The notes: generated by a model not told the origin, from the letters alone. A stretch of 64,000 bases of DNA from an uncultured Rikenellaceae bacterium (GCA_964435015.1 CAYSXP010000015.1:6340-70339); one strand, 5' to 3'; shown: positions 37,172-47,230, numbered from the stretch's first letter. Program-made: numbers and translations.

Positions 37172-38416
37172 TCAGAATTTCTGCAGCAATTCCTTCACAG
37201 CATCCCTGTGGACCATAAAGTCCATCATTTTCAGTTTTACATAGTCTTCCGAAAAGAAATAATATCCGAATTCAGCGGCTTCGGGATCATTGTTCCGGGA
37301 ACCGGAGCCGGAGTCTTTTACCAGGTACCAGTCCCTGCCGTCTTTTTCGAGGTATCCTACCAGGTGCATCCCGTGATCGTCGGTGGTTGTACGGTTGGAG
37401 AACCTGAACTGACGGGCGTCATCATTGATATATGCCGAAGGGATGTCAAAATCCGGAATAACGGCGCATTGGGTCACCCTGTCAAAACCCGGTTCGGAAA
37501 CGTCGCCTCCAATGCTGACAGTGAATCCATTCCTTACGGCATTTTTCAGCGCCGACATGAAAACATCGAGAGGAACATTGTGATAATCACTGTTATGCCA
37601 CCAGTTGTCGGGCACCTGGTATTCGACCTTCTTATAGAATGGTTCCTGGGTGTACGATAGAATGTCGACATAATCGCCGGGATTGATCTTCAGGATATCC
37701 CTGAGATATTGAACAGGAGTCATTTTTTTCCCGTTAACTGTTATTTCTGCCGGCGGTTCGCCCATATAATGATTCATTATTGATTTGATTGCAGCCAGGG
37801 CAGCAGCCTCATCCCATGAAGATGATTCCTTCACTGACTGCAGGTAGCTCTGCATCTCTTCCCTCATCTTGTCGGTATTGTGGAATTTCCTGCCATTCAG
37901 CAGACCGGTGTAGTCTTCAAGCGGAACAATCCCGTATTTGCTCCACATCCTCGTTACGGCATTGGCTTCTGATCCCTCGTCAAACAACGAGTTGCCCCTT
38001 TCTCTTATGAAGCGCCTGGCTTTTTCAACATATTCCCAGTAAACGGTATACATTTCCGATAATTTAACCTTCATTTTATGGATCCGGTAAATTTCCGACT
38101 CAAGGAATGATGTGGTACAGAAACACCAGCATGTGCTTGTGCTCCCCTGTGAAACGGGAGGATTATGCCATTGCTGATTCCTGTACATTGCAAATTTGTT
38201 GGGCAATGATGAGTTTGTGAGGTCTGCTGAAAACATTTTCATTGGCTTTGCAGGCTCGGCCCTTTCCCTGGCTTCCCTGTCATCCCGCAGGATCGAATTC
38301 TGATAAAATCCCGGAGGCAGTGTCCTGAACACCGCCTTATCCTTGTTCTGTGCATTAATGACAATGGGTATTGCACAGATTATTGCTGCAATTGTGAAGA
38401 AGATTTTTCTTTTCAT
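37172..38416 (-). CDS. Papain-family (C1) cysteine aminopeptidase, secreted
   Basis: QGSTSTCWCF, TDDHGMHLVG and WYLVKDSG; signal peptide. Confidence 0.88.
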   Translation of the reverse strand: MKRKIFFTIAAIICAIPIVINAQNKDKAVFRTLPPGFYQNSILRDDREARERAEPAKPMKMFSADLTNSSLPNKFAMYRNQQWHNPPVSQGSTSTCWCFCTTSFLESEIYRIHKMKVKLSEMYTVYWEYVEKARRFIRERGNSLFDEGSEANAVTRMWSKYGIVPLEDYTGLLNGRKFHNTDKMREEMQSYLQSVKESSSWDEAAALAAIKSIMNHYMGEPPAEITVNGKKMTPVQYLRDILKINPGDYVDILSYTQEPFYKKVEYQVPDNWWHNSDYHNVPLDVFMSALKNAVRNGFTVSIGGDVSEPGFDRVTQCAVIPDFDIPSAYINDDARQFRFSNRTTTDDHGMHLVGYLEKDGRDWYLVKDSGSGSRNNDPEAAEFGYYFFSEDYVKLKMMDFMVHRDAVKELLQKF

Positions 38417-38651
38417 GTCTGTATGGTTTTTATGATCAGGAGTTTGAACTCACGAAAAAAATAATGGTTTCCTTCGCTGAAAGCGATGATAATTAACTGT
38501 CTGTGCATGAACGCTGCTCTTTGTCTCCCTTTCGCAGAGGTCCCTTTTCCCGGGGCATTTAGGCCCCTGATATATATCAGACAAGATACTGATAAACATC
38601 TTTAAACAATATGACATATGTCAATATGACAATTAAGATATATCAATTGAT

Positions 38652-39623
38652 TTATTGCGACCATTTTGTAGGCACCCTGTTCCATCGGTGATTTTCAAGT
38701 TCCTTCATGAGTTTCGCAGGCAGAGGGCCTTTTTCGCTCGCTGACAGATTGGATCTTACATGGCCGGGTTTTCTCATTCCGGGGATGATTGTAGTGACTG
38801 TCGGTTCCCCGAGTATGAATCGGAGCGCCATCTCCGGCATCGACGTACCTTCCGGGAGGAGAGGCCTGATTGCATCGGCCCTTTCGACACTCGCGGTCAG
38901 ATTTTCGGGAACAAAATATGTATTTCTCCAGTCTCCTTCAGGCCATCTGGTTGTTTTGGTCAGGGTTCCTGTAAGGGTGCCTTCATCGAAAGGTACCCTT
39001 GCAATCACGGCGACATTCATTTTCCGGCAGGCCGGGAACAGTTCATCTTTGGGATTCTGGTCAAAGATGTTGTAGATTACCTGGACCGAATCGATCAATC
39101 CGCTTTCAACTGCCCTGATTCCGTTCCAGGGTTCCCAGCGGTTCAGGCTTATTCCTATGGCATGAAAAAGCCCCTGTGATTTAAGGTCTGACATTTTTCT
39201 GATTCCGCGGTCATCGTCGAGCCAGCTGTCTTCCCAGGTGTGGAACTGCATCAGGTCAAAAGAGTCAAGTCCGGCGTTTTCCAGGCTTTTTGAAACATAT
39301 TCCTCGATATGATCGGGCGGGAAGCAGTCGTCGAGGCTGAATTCCCGCGTGCTGGGCCATTGGAAGTTTTTTGGCGGCATTTTGGTTGCAGTGTAGATTT
39401 TTTTATCCCTGTTTGCCCTGATGAGTTCTCCCAGGAGATGTTCACTTTTTCCTGCGCCGTATCCCCAGGCAGTGTCGAAGAAGTTGCAGCCCAGATCAGC
39501 AGCCAGCTGCAGCGATCTGAATGATTCCTCATCGTCCGAACCTGTCCATCCCGCCATTCCCCACATGCCGCAGCCAATTTCACTGATTCTCCAGCCCTTT
39601 TTTCCGAATAGTCTGTGTTTCAT
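38652..39623 (-). CDS. Aldo/keto reductase
   Basis: SEIGCGMWG, GCNFFDTAWGYG, IYTATK, DLMQFH, QVIYNIFDQ and IIPGMRK. Confidence 0.95.
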   Translation of the reverse strand: MKHRLFGKKGWRISEIGCGMWGMAGWTGSDDEESFRSLQLAADLGCNFFDTAWGYGAGKSEHLLGELIRANRDKKIYTATKMPPKNFQWPSTREFSLDDCFPPDHIEEYVSKSLENAGLDSFDLMQFHTWEDSWLDDDRGIRKMSDLKSQGLFHAIGISLNRWEPWNGIRAVESGLIDSVQVIYNIFDQNPKDELFPACRKMNVAVIARVPFDEGTLTGTLTKTTRWPEGDWRNTYFVPENLTASVERADAIRPLLPEGTSMPEMALRFILGEPTVTTIIPGMRKPGHVRSNLSASEKGPLPAKLMKELENHRWNRVPTKWSQ

Positions 39624-39743
39624 GGTTTATATATGTTTTATTCAGCGTCTGTTATCAGGCCCTTAAATTAAAAAAGATCAGGATTCGTTAATCAAAAGTC
39701 AGATAATGATTTCATAATTAATTTACCGGCGAATGGAGTCAGT

Positions 39744-39966
39744 CATTTCGCCGCCATGCGGTTAGAGCCATGCCACCGCTGCGCGGTTCGGGAATCGTCG
39801 GGGGGTATGCCATTGGTTCTACAGGTATGTCACCGCTGCGCCATTAAGAACCGTAAAGATATTCTGTTTGCAGTCAACTCGGGGCACAATGTCTGTGATC
39901 CTGATGAAGTACGATGTTTGTAGCCCCGTTGGGGCGCGATGTTTGTAGCCCCGTCGGGGCGGCATG
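39744..39966. repeat. REP-like array, left flank of the Y1 transposase
   Basis: Forward units at 39744, 39769 and 39819; reverse units at 39922-39948 and 39947-39966; each has a 4-bp stem and 3-nt loop next to a CATGCCG-like motif. Confidence 0.82.
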
Positions 39967-39976
39967 ATTTTTAGAT

Positions 39977-40429
39977 TCAGTCAAACAAATATCTATGATC
40001 ATAATCAACCTCATATTTTTCAAGCAGATTCAGGTATTCATCTTTAAATGATGACATTCTATGATGTTCCTCCTGGGTATTTATATATTGAACCACATCA
40101 GGTATTTGTGAATGACTATAGGAAAATGCACCATATCCTTCCTGCCAGGAAAATCTTCCGGATATCCATTTCCTTTCATGAATGAACCTTGACGTGTTTG
40201 CTTTGATATCCCTGACCAAATCAGGTAATGACTGAGAAGGCTGGTAGCCAATAAAAATGTGTACATGGTCGGGCATGTATTTAATGGCCAATAATTTATG
40301 TTTAAGGTTTTGTATAATACCCGTTGTATATTTTTGAAGTTCTTCCTGATGTTTAACGGGTATTACATTTGCGCGCCCCTTTGGTGTAAAAACCAGCTGG
40401 ATGTAAATTTTAGTGTAAACATTTGCCAT
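39977..40429 (-). mobile_element. tnpA: IS200/IS605-family Y1 transposase (TnpA, RAYT-like), intact, no tnpB
   Basis: IYIQLVF..K.R, HUH motif PDHVHI, VRDIKANTSR, FSWQEGYGAFS and catalytic VQYINTQEEHH; AT-richer than its neighbours. Confidence 0.93.
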
Positions 40430-40497
40430 AGCACTAAGGATTAAATGATTAATAAAATAGAAAATTGAATAAAGCGAGACGTAAGAATTGGCGGTAA

Positions 40498-40762
40498 CAT
40501 GCCGCTACTACGTAGCTCAAATATATTAATATTAACTCAATGATACAAACATATCGCCTCTACGAGGCTACAGACATGCCGCCTCTACGAGGTTAAAAAC
40601 GGGTAGTTAAATTGTGATTCAAGAACTATGTATCAAATACCATCTGAGTCCCGTAGGGACGTCATGTCTGTAGGCCCGCATCCGGACAAAGATTTTTAAG
40701 TCCCGTAGGGACGTCATGTCTGTAGGGCAATGATTTTTGAGTCCCGTAGGGACGTCATGTCT
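40498..40762. repeat. REP-like array, right flank of the Y1 transposase
   Basis: Forward units at 40498, 40550 and 40568; reverse units AGTCCCGTAGGGACGTCATGTCT at 40647, 40699 and 40740. Confidence 0.88.
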
Positions 40763-40770
40763 ATCCTCGA

Positions 40771-41883
40771 CTATTCCAGGGATTTCAGTCCGGAATATAC
40801 TTTTTTCATGGTTTCAGTTTTTGCGGGATTCTCTGCGGCTGCATTGGCCGTGAACATCATAATTCCTGTCGCCCCTGAACCTGAACCGTATCCCAGCACT
40901 TCCCCGAACTCCTCGGGCGAAATCACACGGGGATCGTCATAGGCCTGCACTATCGGCCAGACCTTCGGAAAAGTGCCCGGCCTGATGTCCATCCTTTTGC
41001 AGAACCATTCAATATTATCCTTAACCCATTCCGGCTTCCTGCCCATCCGGCCATGATATACCATAGGGGAAAAAACATCCGTCAGATCTTTCAGCAGATC
41101 ATAATCCAGTCCCAGGATCCGATACCTTGCTCCATTGAATTCCCCGTCATCCCACGGACAGTGAAAGATTCCGAGCAGTGCACCCGGCCTTTCTTCCTTC
41201 ACTATCTCCCTTGTCTCCCTGACCCAGTCTGCAATTACAGAACACCGCCATTCACGCCATTTCCCGTCATGCCGGTCAAGGATCCAGTCCGCCTGCAGTG
41301 ATGTTTCCATGTCAGGCACATTAATACCTGTTGAAGTTTCAAATGTTCTGATGCAATTATCACAGAAGCAGGTTTCGGGGAGGATAGGCTCCGGCTCCTC
41401 AAACTGTGCGTGCCAGTGAAGATAGTCCATCCAGATCCCGTCAAGTTCAAATCTTTTTAACAGCTGCCTCAGTTCAGTCATCCTGAACTGCCTGAACCCC
41501 GGCTCAGTCGGACAGACTCCCATGAACCATGAAGCCGGTTCAACTTTCTTCCCGTCACTGCCAACCGCCCAGGCCTCGGGGTGTTTCTCAACATATCCCT
41601 CGCCGTTGAGCACCGGAAATTCAGCATACACTTTCAGTCCTTCCTTTCCTGCACGCTCCATGATCCTGTCATTAATGGCCTTCCAGTTCATAAAAACCGA
41701 ATTCACGTTGAGCCGGTTCAGTTCTATTCCCTTGTTCCAGAAAGCATCAGGACTCCCGTAAATTGCCCTTGCCTGAAAGTGACCGGTTTTCCCAGGCGGA
41801 TCAGTCTTTGACAGGGTAGTGACGGGCGAAAAACAACATACTGATATGGTAATCAAGGCAGGAATGGGAAAAAAGCTTTTCAT
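40771..41883 (-). CDS. Secreted GHL10/DUF187-like putative glycoside hydrolase
   Basis: GVCPTEP, ELDGIWMDYLHW, CFCDNC, DVFSPMVY and WPIVQAY; start moved to ATG 41883. Confidence 0.65.
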   Translation of the reverse strand: MKSFFPIPALITISVCCFSPVTTLSKTDPPGKTGHFQARAIYGSPDAFWNKGIELNRLNVNSVFMNWKAINDRIMERAGKEGLKVYAEFPVLNGEGYVEKHPEAWAVGSDGKKVEPASWFMGVCPTEPGFRQFRMTELRQLLKRFELDGIWMDYLHWHAQFEEPEPILPETCFCDNCIRTFETSTGINVPDMETSLQADWILDRHDGKWREWRCSVIADWVRETREIVKEERPGALLGIFHCPWDDGEFNGARYRILGLDYDLLKDLTDVFSPMVYHGRMGRKPEWVKDNIEWFCKRMDIRPGTFPKVWPIVQAYDDPRVISPEEFGEVLGYGSGSGATGIMMFTANAAAENPAKTETMKKVYSGLKSLE

Positions 41884-42094
41884 TACAGGGAGATTTATGT
41901 ACAATTTTAAAATGCAATATAGGAATTTGCTTCTTCGCAGCACATTCTTGCGATGCATTTGCGCAGATACCGGTAAAAGACATTTGGGTCTAAGATGATT
42001 GGTCCTGCACTATGGAAGATAAGCGGGATCTCCTGTCAATCCTGAAAAGCTGCAAGCAATTTGGCCGCAATTAATATTTATTTGTAATTTTAAT

Positions 42095-42250
42095 ACGGCC
42101 TGGGATAATTCCCGGCCGTTAGCCGTTGAACCCGGCTTACGGCCGGTATGCATGAGGTCCGGGACGACGGGGAAATAATCCTTGTTCCCGGGCTTCTCTG
42201 AAGTCAGGAATTTGCCGCGGAAGGAAAACCTAGTTATGGTTCAGGCTGAA
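42095..42250 (+). ncRNA. Candidate structured RNA upstream of acyP (class unassigned)
   Basis: Hairpins ACGGCC..GGCCGT and CCGGGA..TCCCGG; long-range pairing AGCC-gt-TGAACC with GGTTCA-GGCT. Confidence 0.25.
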
Positions 42251-42264
42251 ACAAACGGCAGGGA

Positions 42265-42534
42265 ATGGAGAAGATCCGTTATAAGATACATGTCAGGGGG
42301 CGCGTTCAGGGAGTCGGCTTCAGATACAGTGCAGTGAGGGCGGCCAATCATCACGGCATTTCAGGTTTTGTGAGGAATATGCCGGATGGAAGTGTTTATA
42401 TGGAAGCAGAAGGAACGGAAAAGGAACTCCTGGATTTTATTGAATGGTGCAGAAACGGGCCGGGCCATGTGGATACGCTGACTGCCGACCCTTGTCCCCC
42501 GCGTAATTACGGGGATTTCAGAATTGTATATTAA
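42265..42534 (+). CDS. acyP: Acylphosphatase
   Basis: VRGRVQGVGFRY, ISGFVRNMPDGSVYMEAEG and WCRNGP. Confidence 0.96.
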   Translation: MEKIRYKIHVRGRVQGVGFRYSAVRAANHHGISGFVRNMPDGSVYMEAEGTEKELLDFIEWCRNGPGHVDTLTADPCPPRNYGDFRIVY

Positions 42535-42603
42535 ACTCAGCCGTATCTGATAAGTCAATATTATTCAATGTTGAAAAATAACTTTCCAATAAATCAAACT
42601 CCG

Positions 42604-44586
42604 ATGAAGAAGCTTCTGATATTGGTTATGTCAGTGTTTGTCAACCTGCCCGTTTCATCACAGAAATATGAAATCCGTTCTCCTGACGGAAGCCTGACAG
42701 CCGGAATTGAGATCGGTAACGGAATTGATTTGACCATTTTTAAAGGAAGCCTTCCCGTCCTTAAACTGGAAAATATCGGACTCGTGGCTGCCGGCGGCGA
42801 AAATCCGTTCAGTGAGCTTAAAGTGCAAAAAACTGTCAGAAGGACGGTTAACGAGGTTGTCAGGCCGGAGATCAGGGAAAAGGCATCAGAATTGATCAAT
42901 TCCTTCAATGAGCTTGAGATCAGATTCAGGAGTAAGTTTGCTGTTACTTTCAGAATGTTCGATGAGGGCCTGGCGTACAGGTTTTCAACCTCATTGAAGA
43001 ATGAACTGATCATTTACAAAGAGAACCTTGAGCTTTGTTTTGAAGAAGGCGATTCGGTCAGGTTTCAGTCGTCAGAAACTTTCAATTCTGCCTACGAAAC
43101 GCCTTATGAACATGAAAAGCCGGCAGGCATCAGGGAGGGAAAGCTGTGTAATCTGCCTTTTCTTGTGGAGAAAGATGACGGATCGTTCATTATGGTCACG
43201 GAAGCGGACCTTTACGACTATCCGGGATTATGGCTGAAAGGGACCGGGCAGGCACGCTTGTCGGCAGCGAATCCGCCTTACCCGAAAACATTGACAGCAA
43301 CCGGATCCCCCTATAACCTGGGCCAGGTAGAGGAAGCCTGCGGTTACATTGCCAGGGTGGCAGGTACGAGGACTTTTCCATGGCGGATCTTTGCCGTTGC
43401 CGGCGATGAGAAGGAGCTTGTTTCAAACAATATGGTTTACCTGCTTGCCACACCATGCGCCATCGGTGATGTTTCATGGATAAAACCCGGTGTTGTGATG
43501 TTCGACTGGTGGGCAAAACATAATATTTACGGTGTCGGTTTCAAATCAGGGATCAATACGGAAACAGCCAGGTACTTTATTGATTTCTGTGCAAATCACG
43601 GATTCAGGTATTTTCTTTTTGATGACGGATGGAGTCCTGGTGAAGATTTGCTGAAGACTGTCCCTGGACTGGATATCAGGGAAGTTACTGACTATGGCAG
43701 GGAAAAGGGGGTGGATATAATGCTCTGGGTAATCTGGCACACGCTTAGTGTGCAGTGGGATGAGGCTTTTAACCAGTTTGAGAAATGGGGGATAAAGGGC
43801 ATCAAGGTGGATTTCATGAACCGCGACGATCAGCCAATGATTGAATTCTATGAGGCTGTTGCCGCTGAAGCAGCAAAGCGAAAAATGGTGGTGGATTTTC
43901 ACGGGGCCTGCAAACCTGACGGTTTGCGGCGTAAATATCCCAATGTCCTGACCCGGGAAGCACTTATTGAATTTGAATTCAGCGGGTGGACAAACCACGA
44001 TGATCCCGTTCATCACAATCTTTTACCCTACATAAGGATGTTCACCGGTCCGATGGATTATATTCCTGCCACAATGCGCAACTCCACGGGAGGGAGTTTC
44101 CGTCCTGTGGGCGATTACCCGATGGGGCAGGGGACCCGTGCTCATGCCATGGCATTGTTTGTGATACTGAACAGCCCGATGACAATGCTGCCTGATTCGC
44201 CTTCCGATTATTACCGTGAGCAGGAATGCACCGGCTTCCTTTCCGGAATTCCGGTTGTCTGGGATGAGACACGGCTGCTTGAGGGCAAAATCGGAAAATA
44301 TACGGTACTTGCCCGCAGATCGGACAGGGAATGGCACCTGGGAGCCATTACAGACTGGGACAAACGCACAATCAGTCTGAAAACTGATTTCCTCGAACCG
44401 GGGCGGTACTGGCTTGAGGCTGTCGAGGACGGCATAAATGCAGATAAAAGGGCTGAAGATTACAAAATAGCCGGAAAGGAATTTCAGGCAGGCGATTCGT
44501 TGGTACTGAATCTTGCGCCCGGCGGAGGCTGGGTTGCAAGGATTATGCCGGTAAATCAGCACACCTCCTCCGGTAGCGGTAATTAA
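42604..44586 (+). CDS. GH97 alpha-glucosidase/alpha-galactosidase (retaining-type signature)
   Basis: SWIKPG, FDDGW, GIKVDFM, VDFHG, TREA..E, FTGPMDYIP, QGTRAH and DSPS; start moved to ATG 42604. Confidence 0.93.
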   Translation: MKKLLILVMSVFVNLPVSSQKYEIRSPDGSLTAGIEIGNGIDLTIFKGSLPVLKLENIGLVAAGGENPFSELKVQKTVRRTVNEVVRPEIREKASELINSFNELEIRFRSKFAVTFRMFDEGLAYRFSTSLKNELIIYKENLELCFEEGDSVRFQSSETFNSAYETPYEHEKPAGIREGKLCNLPFLVEKDDGSFIMVTEADLYDYPGLWLKGTGQARLSAANPPYPKTLTATGSPYNLGQVEEACGYIARVAGTRTFPWRIFAVAGDEKELVSNNMVYLLATPCAIGDVSWIKPGVVMFDWWAKHNIYGVGFKSGINTETARYFIDFCANHGFRYFLFDDGWSPGEDLLKTVPGLDIREVTDYGREKGVDIMLWVIWHTLSVQWDEAFNQFEKWGIKGIKVDFMNRDDQPMIEFYEAVAAEAAKRKMVVDFHGACKPDGLRRKYPNVLTREALIEFEFSGWTNHDDPVHHNLLPYIRMFTGPMDYIPATMRNSTGGSFRPVGDYPMGQGTRAHAMALFVILNSPMTMLPDSPSDYYREQECTGFLSGIPVVWDETRLLEGKIGKYTVLARRSDREWHLGAITDWDKRTISLKTDFLEPGRYWLEAVEDGINADKRAEDYKIAGKEFQAGDSLVLNLAPGGGWVARIMPVNQHTSSGSGN

Positions 44587-44641
44587 TCACGGAGTTCCGC
44601 CGTACTTTCGTGCAGCGGAACCCGGAGACCCGTTTCAGCAT

Positions 44642-47230
44642 CTATTTCAGCTCCTGTTCGGCTTTTCTTATGTTCCAGCCGTCAATTGCAAGCACCGGCA
44701 TTTCACCTCCCAGGTCTTTATCCGAAAATTCGACTTTGATGCTGCGTTTTTCCTTTGGCAGAAGTGCAAAATAGTTGTCTTCCCAGAAAACCGGCAAAAC
44801 AAGGTCTCCCGTTTCGCGTCTGATGATCTTCGGGTTCACTGAAAAAGCAAGGAAGGCCGAAGGATTCTCAATCTCAATCACTGCCCTGTATTTCCCGTTT
44901 TCCTTATTGACCGGGGAGACGGAGCAATTGAGTTCAACCTCCGGAAGCCTGTTCAATGCAGTGAAATCCGCATTCTCATCCCCCTTTGATGAAAGCCAGT
45001 AAAAATTTGAAGACAGTTCCCTGCCTGAATCATCGTTCAGGGTGAGTTTGAGGAATGTAACACCGCTTCCGGGTGCGGGCCTCTTCAGGAACATGACTTT
45101 GGCACTTTCATCTGCCTTTATCGCAACCGGCACTTCTTCGGAGTGAATTTCATTCATCTTCAGATCATAGAGCTTTGCGGATGCTTTCAATCCTGGGAAA
45201 TCACGGTACAATCCATTGACGACTCTTACTGAGTGATCGTCGTACGAATACTGGATATGGAGGTTCTCGCAAGCTTTCCGTGTCCCGTAGAAAGCTCCGT
45301 TCGGGGCAAGGAAGTAGTCATACAGCTGCCAGTACATAGTGGGCCATGCCGAATTATACATCCAGTAGATAATGCCGCTGGATTTGTACTTGTTGCCGGC
45401 ATAGGCTTCGAACATTGCCCTGCTTGCTTCATACTGGAGAACCTGCGATTTCATGCTGTATTCATTGAGGTTTTCCGGTTTGCCGTAGCGTGAAAAGAGG
45501 GCTTTACGGGCGGCAGGTGAAAAAGCTTTGTTGAGCCTGATGTTCCACGAATCGCTTATAGGCCAGAGATCCTGTTCCGGCATCATTTTCCGCATGCTTT
45601 CAACCGGAGGTATCTGTTCCCCTGACGGACCGGCTTCAGTGTTGAATTCAAGCTTGCCGTACCAGTATGACGGGGGCATGTAGGAATAAACATCGGGATA
45701 TGGTCCCATCCACACACCGGTATTACCCGTAACTGTACTCGGGTCCTGTGTGGCTGATGACTGGAACGGTCGTGTCTGGTCAAGCTCGTTGAGCACGTTC
45801 AGGTACATTTTCTCGATCTTTTCTGTCGGATGCATATCGCTGCCGTACAGCCAGTCGAATACCGAGGGATGGTTTCTCAGCCGGAGGATCAGGTCTTCCC
45901 AGCTCTTTTGTGCGACCACCTCCATTTCAGGGGTCCATCTGTCCCACATTTCCCATGAGCTGCAGCAACACCAGCCGACCATCAGGAGTATCCCTTCCTC
46001 ATCGCATTTTTCGAACAGGTAATCGGATCCCCTGGGCGCTTCAAGTCGCAATGTGTTCAATCCCATGTGTTTTGCATACCGGATATCTGCATCTATTCTC
46101 TCATCCGAGGGTCGCAGCAGCATGTCCTCCACATAGCCTCCCCCTCTGATCACGATATTTTTCCCGTTTATCTGGAACACCCTGGTGTGCCTGCCGTCAA
46201 AATCATTCATCCATGAAGATATTTCGCGTATGCCGAAACGGACCTTTTTAATGTCGGATACAGAGCCTTTGGTTTCAAAAGTCAGGTTGAGGTTGTAAAG
46301 GTTCTGTGGGCCGACGGTGTGGGGCCACCATAAACGGGGCTCCGATATCACCAGCTGGCTGAAGTCAGAAGGATCAAAAACTACTTTCTTTGATTCCTTC
46401 GGTCCGAGTGTTACTTCCTGTGAAAAAACAATATTGTCAATGGTGCCCTTAAGTTTGCCCTTGACCTTCCTGTCAGTAAGGTTTTCTACTTCGGATGCAA
46501 TGGTCAGGCGGGCCTGGTCAGTTGAGGGAAGGTTGAGTTTGGTGATCACCTGCGGGTTTTTCACTGTCACCGGCCCTGTTGACCGTACCGTAACATCATA
46601 CCAGATCCCCATTCCCCTGCCCGGAGGCGTGGGATTCCAGTCGACCCAGGCAATTGTAAGGTCGAATCTTTCGGGGGGAAATATTTCAAGTGCAAGGCAA
46701 TTGATTTCCCCCGGTTTTACATAATCAGTAATGTTCAGGTCATGGATGCGGTAGGCTCCCTGCACTGAGGCGGTGTCTGCTATAAGGCTGCCGTTGAGCC
46801 ATATATTTGCCTTGTAGTTAATGCTGTGGAACCTGATCCATGTGTTTTTCGCTCCGTTATCGGCCGGAAGGGGAAATTCGGTCCTGTACCACCATGAGAC
46901 TTTAAAGGGACTATCGTCAGGAACAATAGGGGGCCATTTTGTAATGTAGCCCGGGATTTTGAGGATGTTTGTGCCGAAATAAGGATCGGGATAAACTTTG
47001 TTCTCCACAAGGGTTCCAAGCACAGTTGATGGAACGGTTGCAGGGTACCAGTCCTCCGGTTTGAATGCAGTTGTCGAAATAACGCTGCCGGATTCCCCGG
47101 CAGCTGCTGATGACTGTATCGCCCAGTTCTCCCTCAGCAAAAGGGATTCCTGCGGATCAGGCGGCCGGGAACAGGCAAAGGATACAATTACTGAGGCAAG
47201 GAAAACTAATAGCAGGTTATGTGTTTTCAT
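44642..47230 (-). CDS. GH2 exo-beta-D-glucosaminidase (CsxA-like), lipoprotein
   Basis: Lipobox SFAC; ATVPSTVLGTLV, WVDWNPTPP..MGIW, GLNTLRLE, GWCCC..WE, YGSD (acid/base), FNTEAG (nucleophile) and DNYF.LLP. Confidence 0.88.
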   Translation of the reverse strand: MKTHNLLLVFLASVIVSFACSRPPDPQESLLLRENWAIQSSAAAGESGSVISTTAFKPEDWYPATVPSTVLGTLVENKVYPDPYFGTNILKIPGYITKWPPIVPDDSPFKVSWWYRTEFPLPADNGAKNTWIRFHSINYKANIWLNGSLIADTASVQGAYRIHDLNITDYVKPGEINCLALEIFPPERFDLTIAWVDWNPTPPGRGMGIWYDVTVRSTGPVTVKNPQVITKLNLPSTDQARLTIASEVENLTDRKVKGKLKGTIDNIVFSQEVTLGPKESKKVVFDPSDFSQLVISEPRLWWPHTVGPQNLYNLNLTFETKGSVSDIKKVRFGIREISSWMNDFDGRHTRVFQINGKNIVIRGGGYVEDMLLRPSDERIDADIRYAKHMGLNTLRLEAPRGSDYLFEKCDEEGILLMVGWCCCSSWEMWDRWTPEMEVVAQKSWEDLILRLRNHPSVFDWLYGSDMHPTEKIEKMYLNVLNELDQTRPFQSSATQDPSTVTGNTGVWMGPYPDVYSYMPPSYWYGKLEFNTEAGPSGEQIPPVESMRKMMPEQDLWPISDSWNIRLNKAFSPAARKALFSRYGKPENLNEYSMKSQVLQYEASRAMFEAYAGNKYKSSGIIYWMYNSAWPTMYWQLYDYFLAPNGAFYGTRKACENLHIQYSYDDHSVRVVNGLYRDFPGLKASAKLYDLKMNEIHSEEVPVAIKADESAKVMFLKRPAPGSGVTFLKLTLNDDSGRELSSNFYWLSSKGDENADFTALNRLPEVELNCSVSPVNKENGKYRAVIEIENPSAFLAFSVNPKIIRRETGDLVLPVFWEDNYFALLPKEKRSIKVEFSDKDLGGEMPVLAIDGWNIRKAEQELK

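Noticed and set aside
39744-40762. CRISPR array
   Set aside because: Units occur in both orientations, spacing is irregular, stems vary, they flank a Y1 transposase and there are no cas genes. REP-like fits better.
39977-40762. IS605/IS200 element with tnpB (OMEGA system)
   Set aside because: There is no TnpB/IscB-sized ORF on either side of tnpA. The neighbours are an aldo/keto reductase and a GH-like protein.
42180-42235. SRP RNA, or a TPP or cobalamin riboswitch
   Set aside because: GGAAGGAAAACC and CCGTTGAACC only partly resemble the SRP and TPP cores, and the other required conserved segments are missing.
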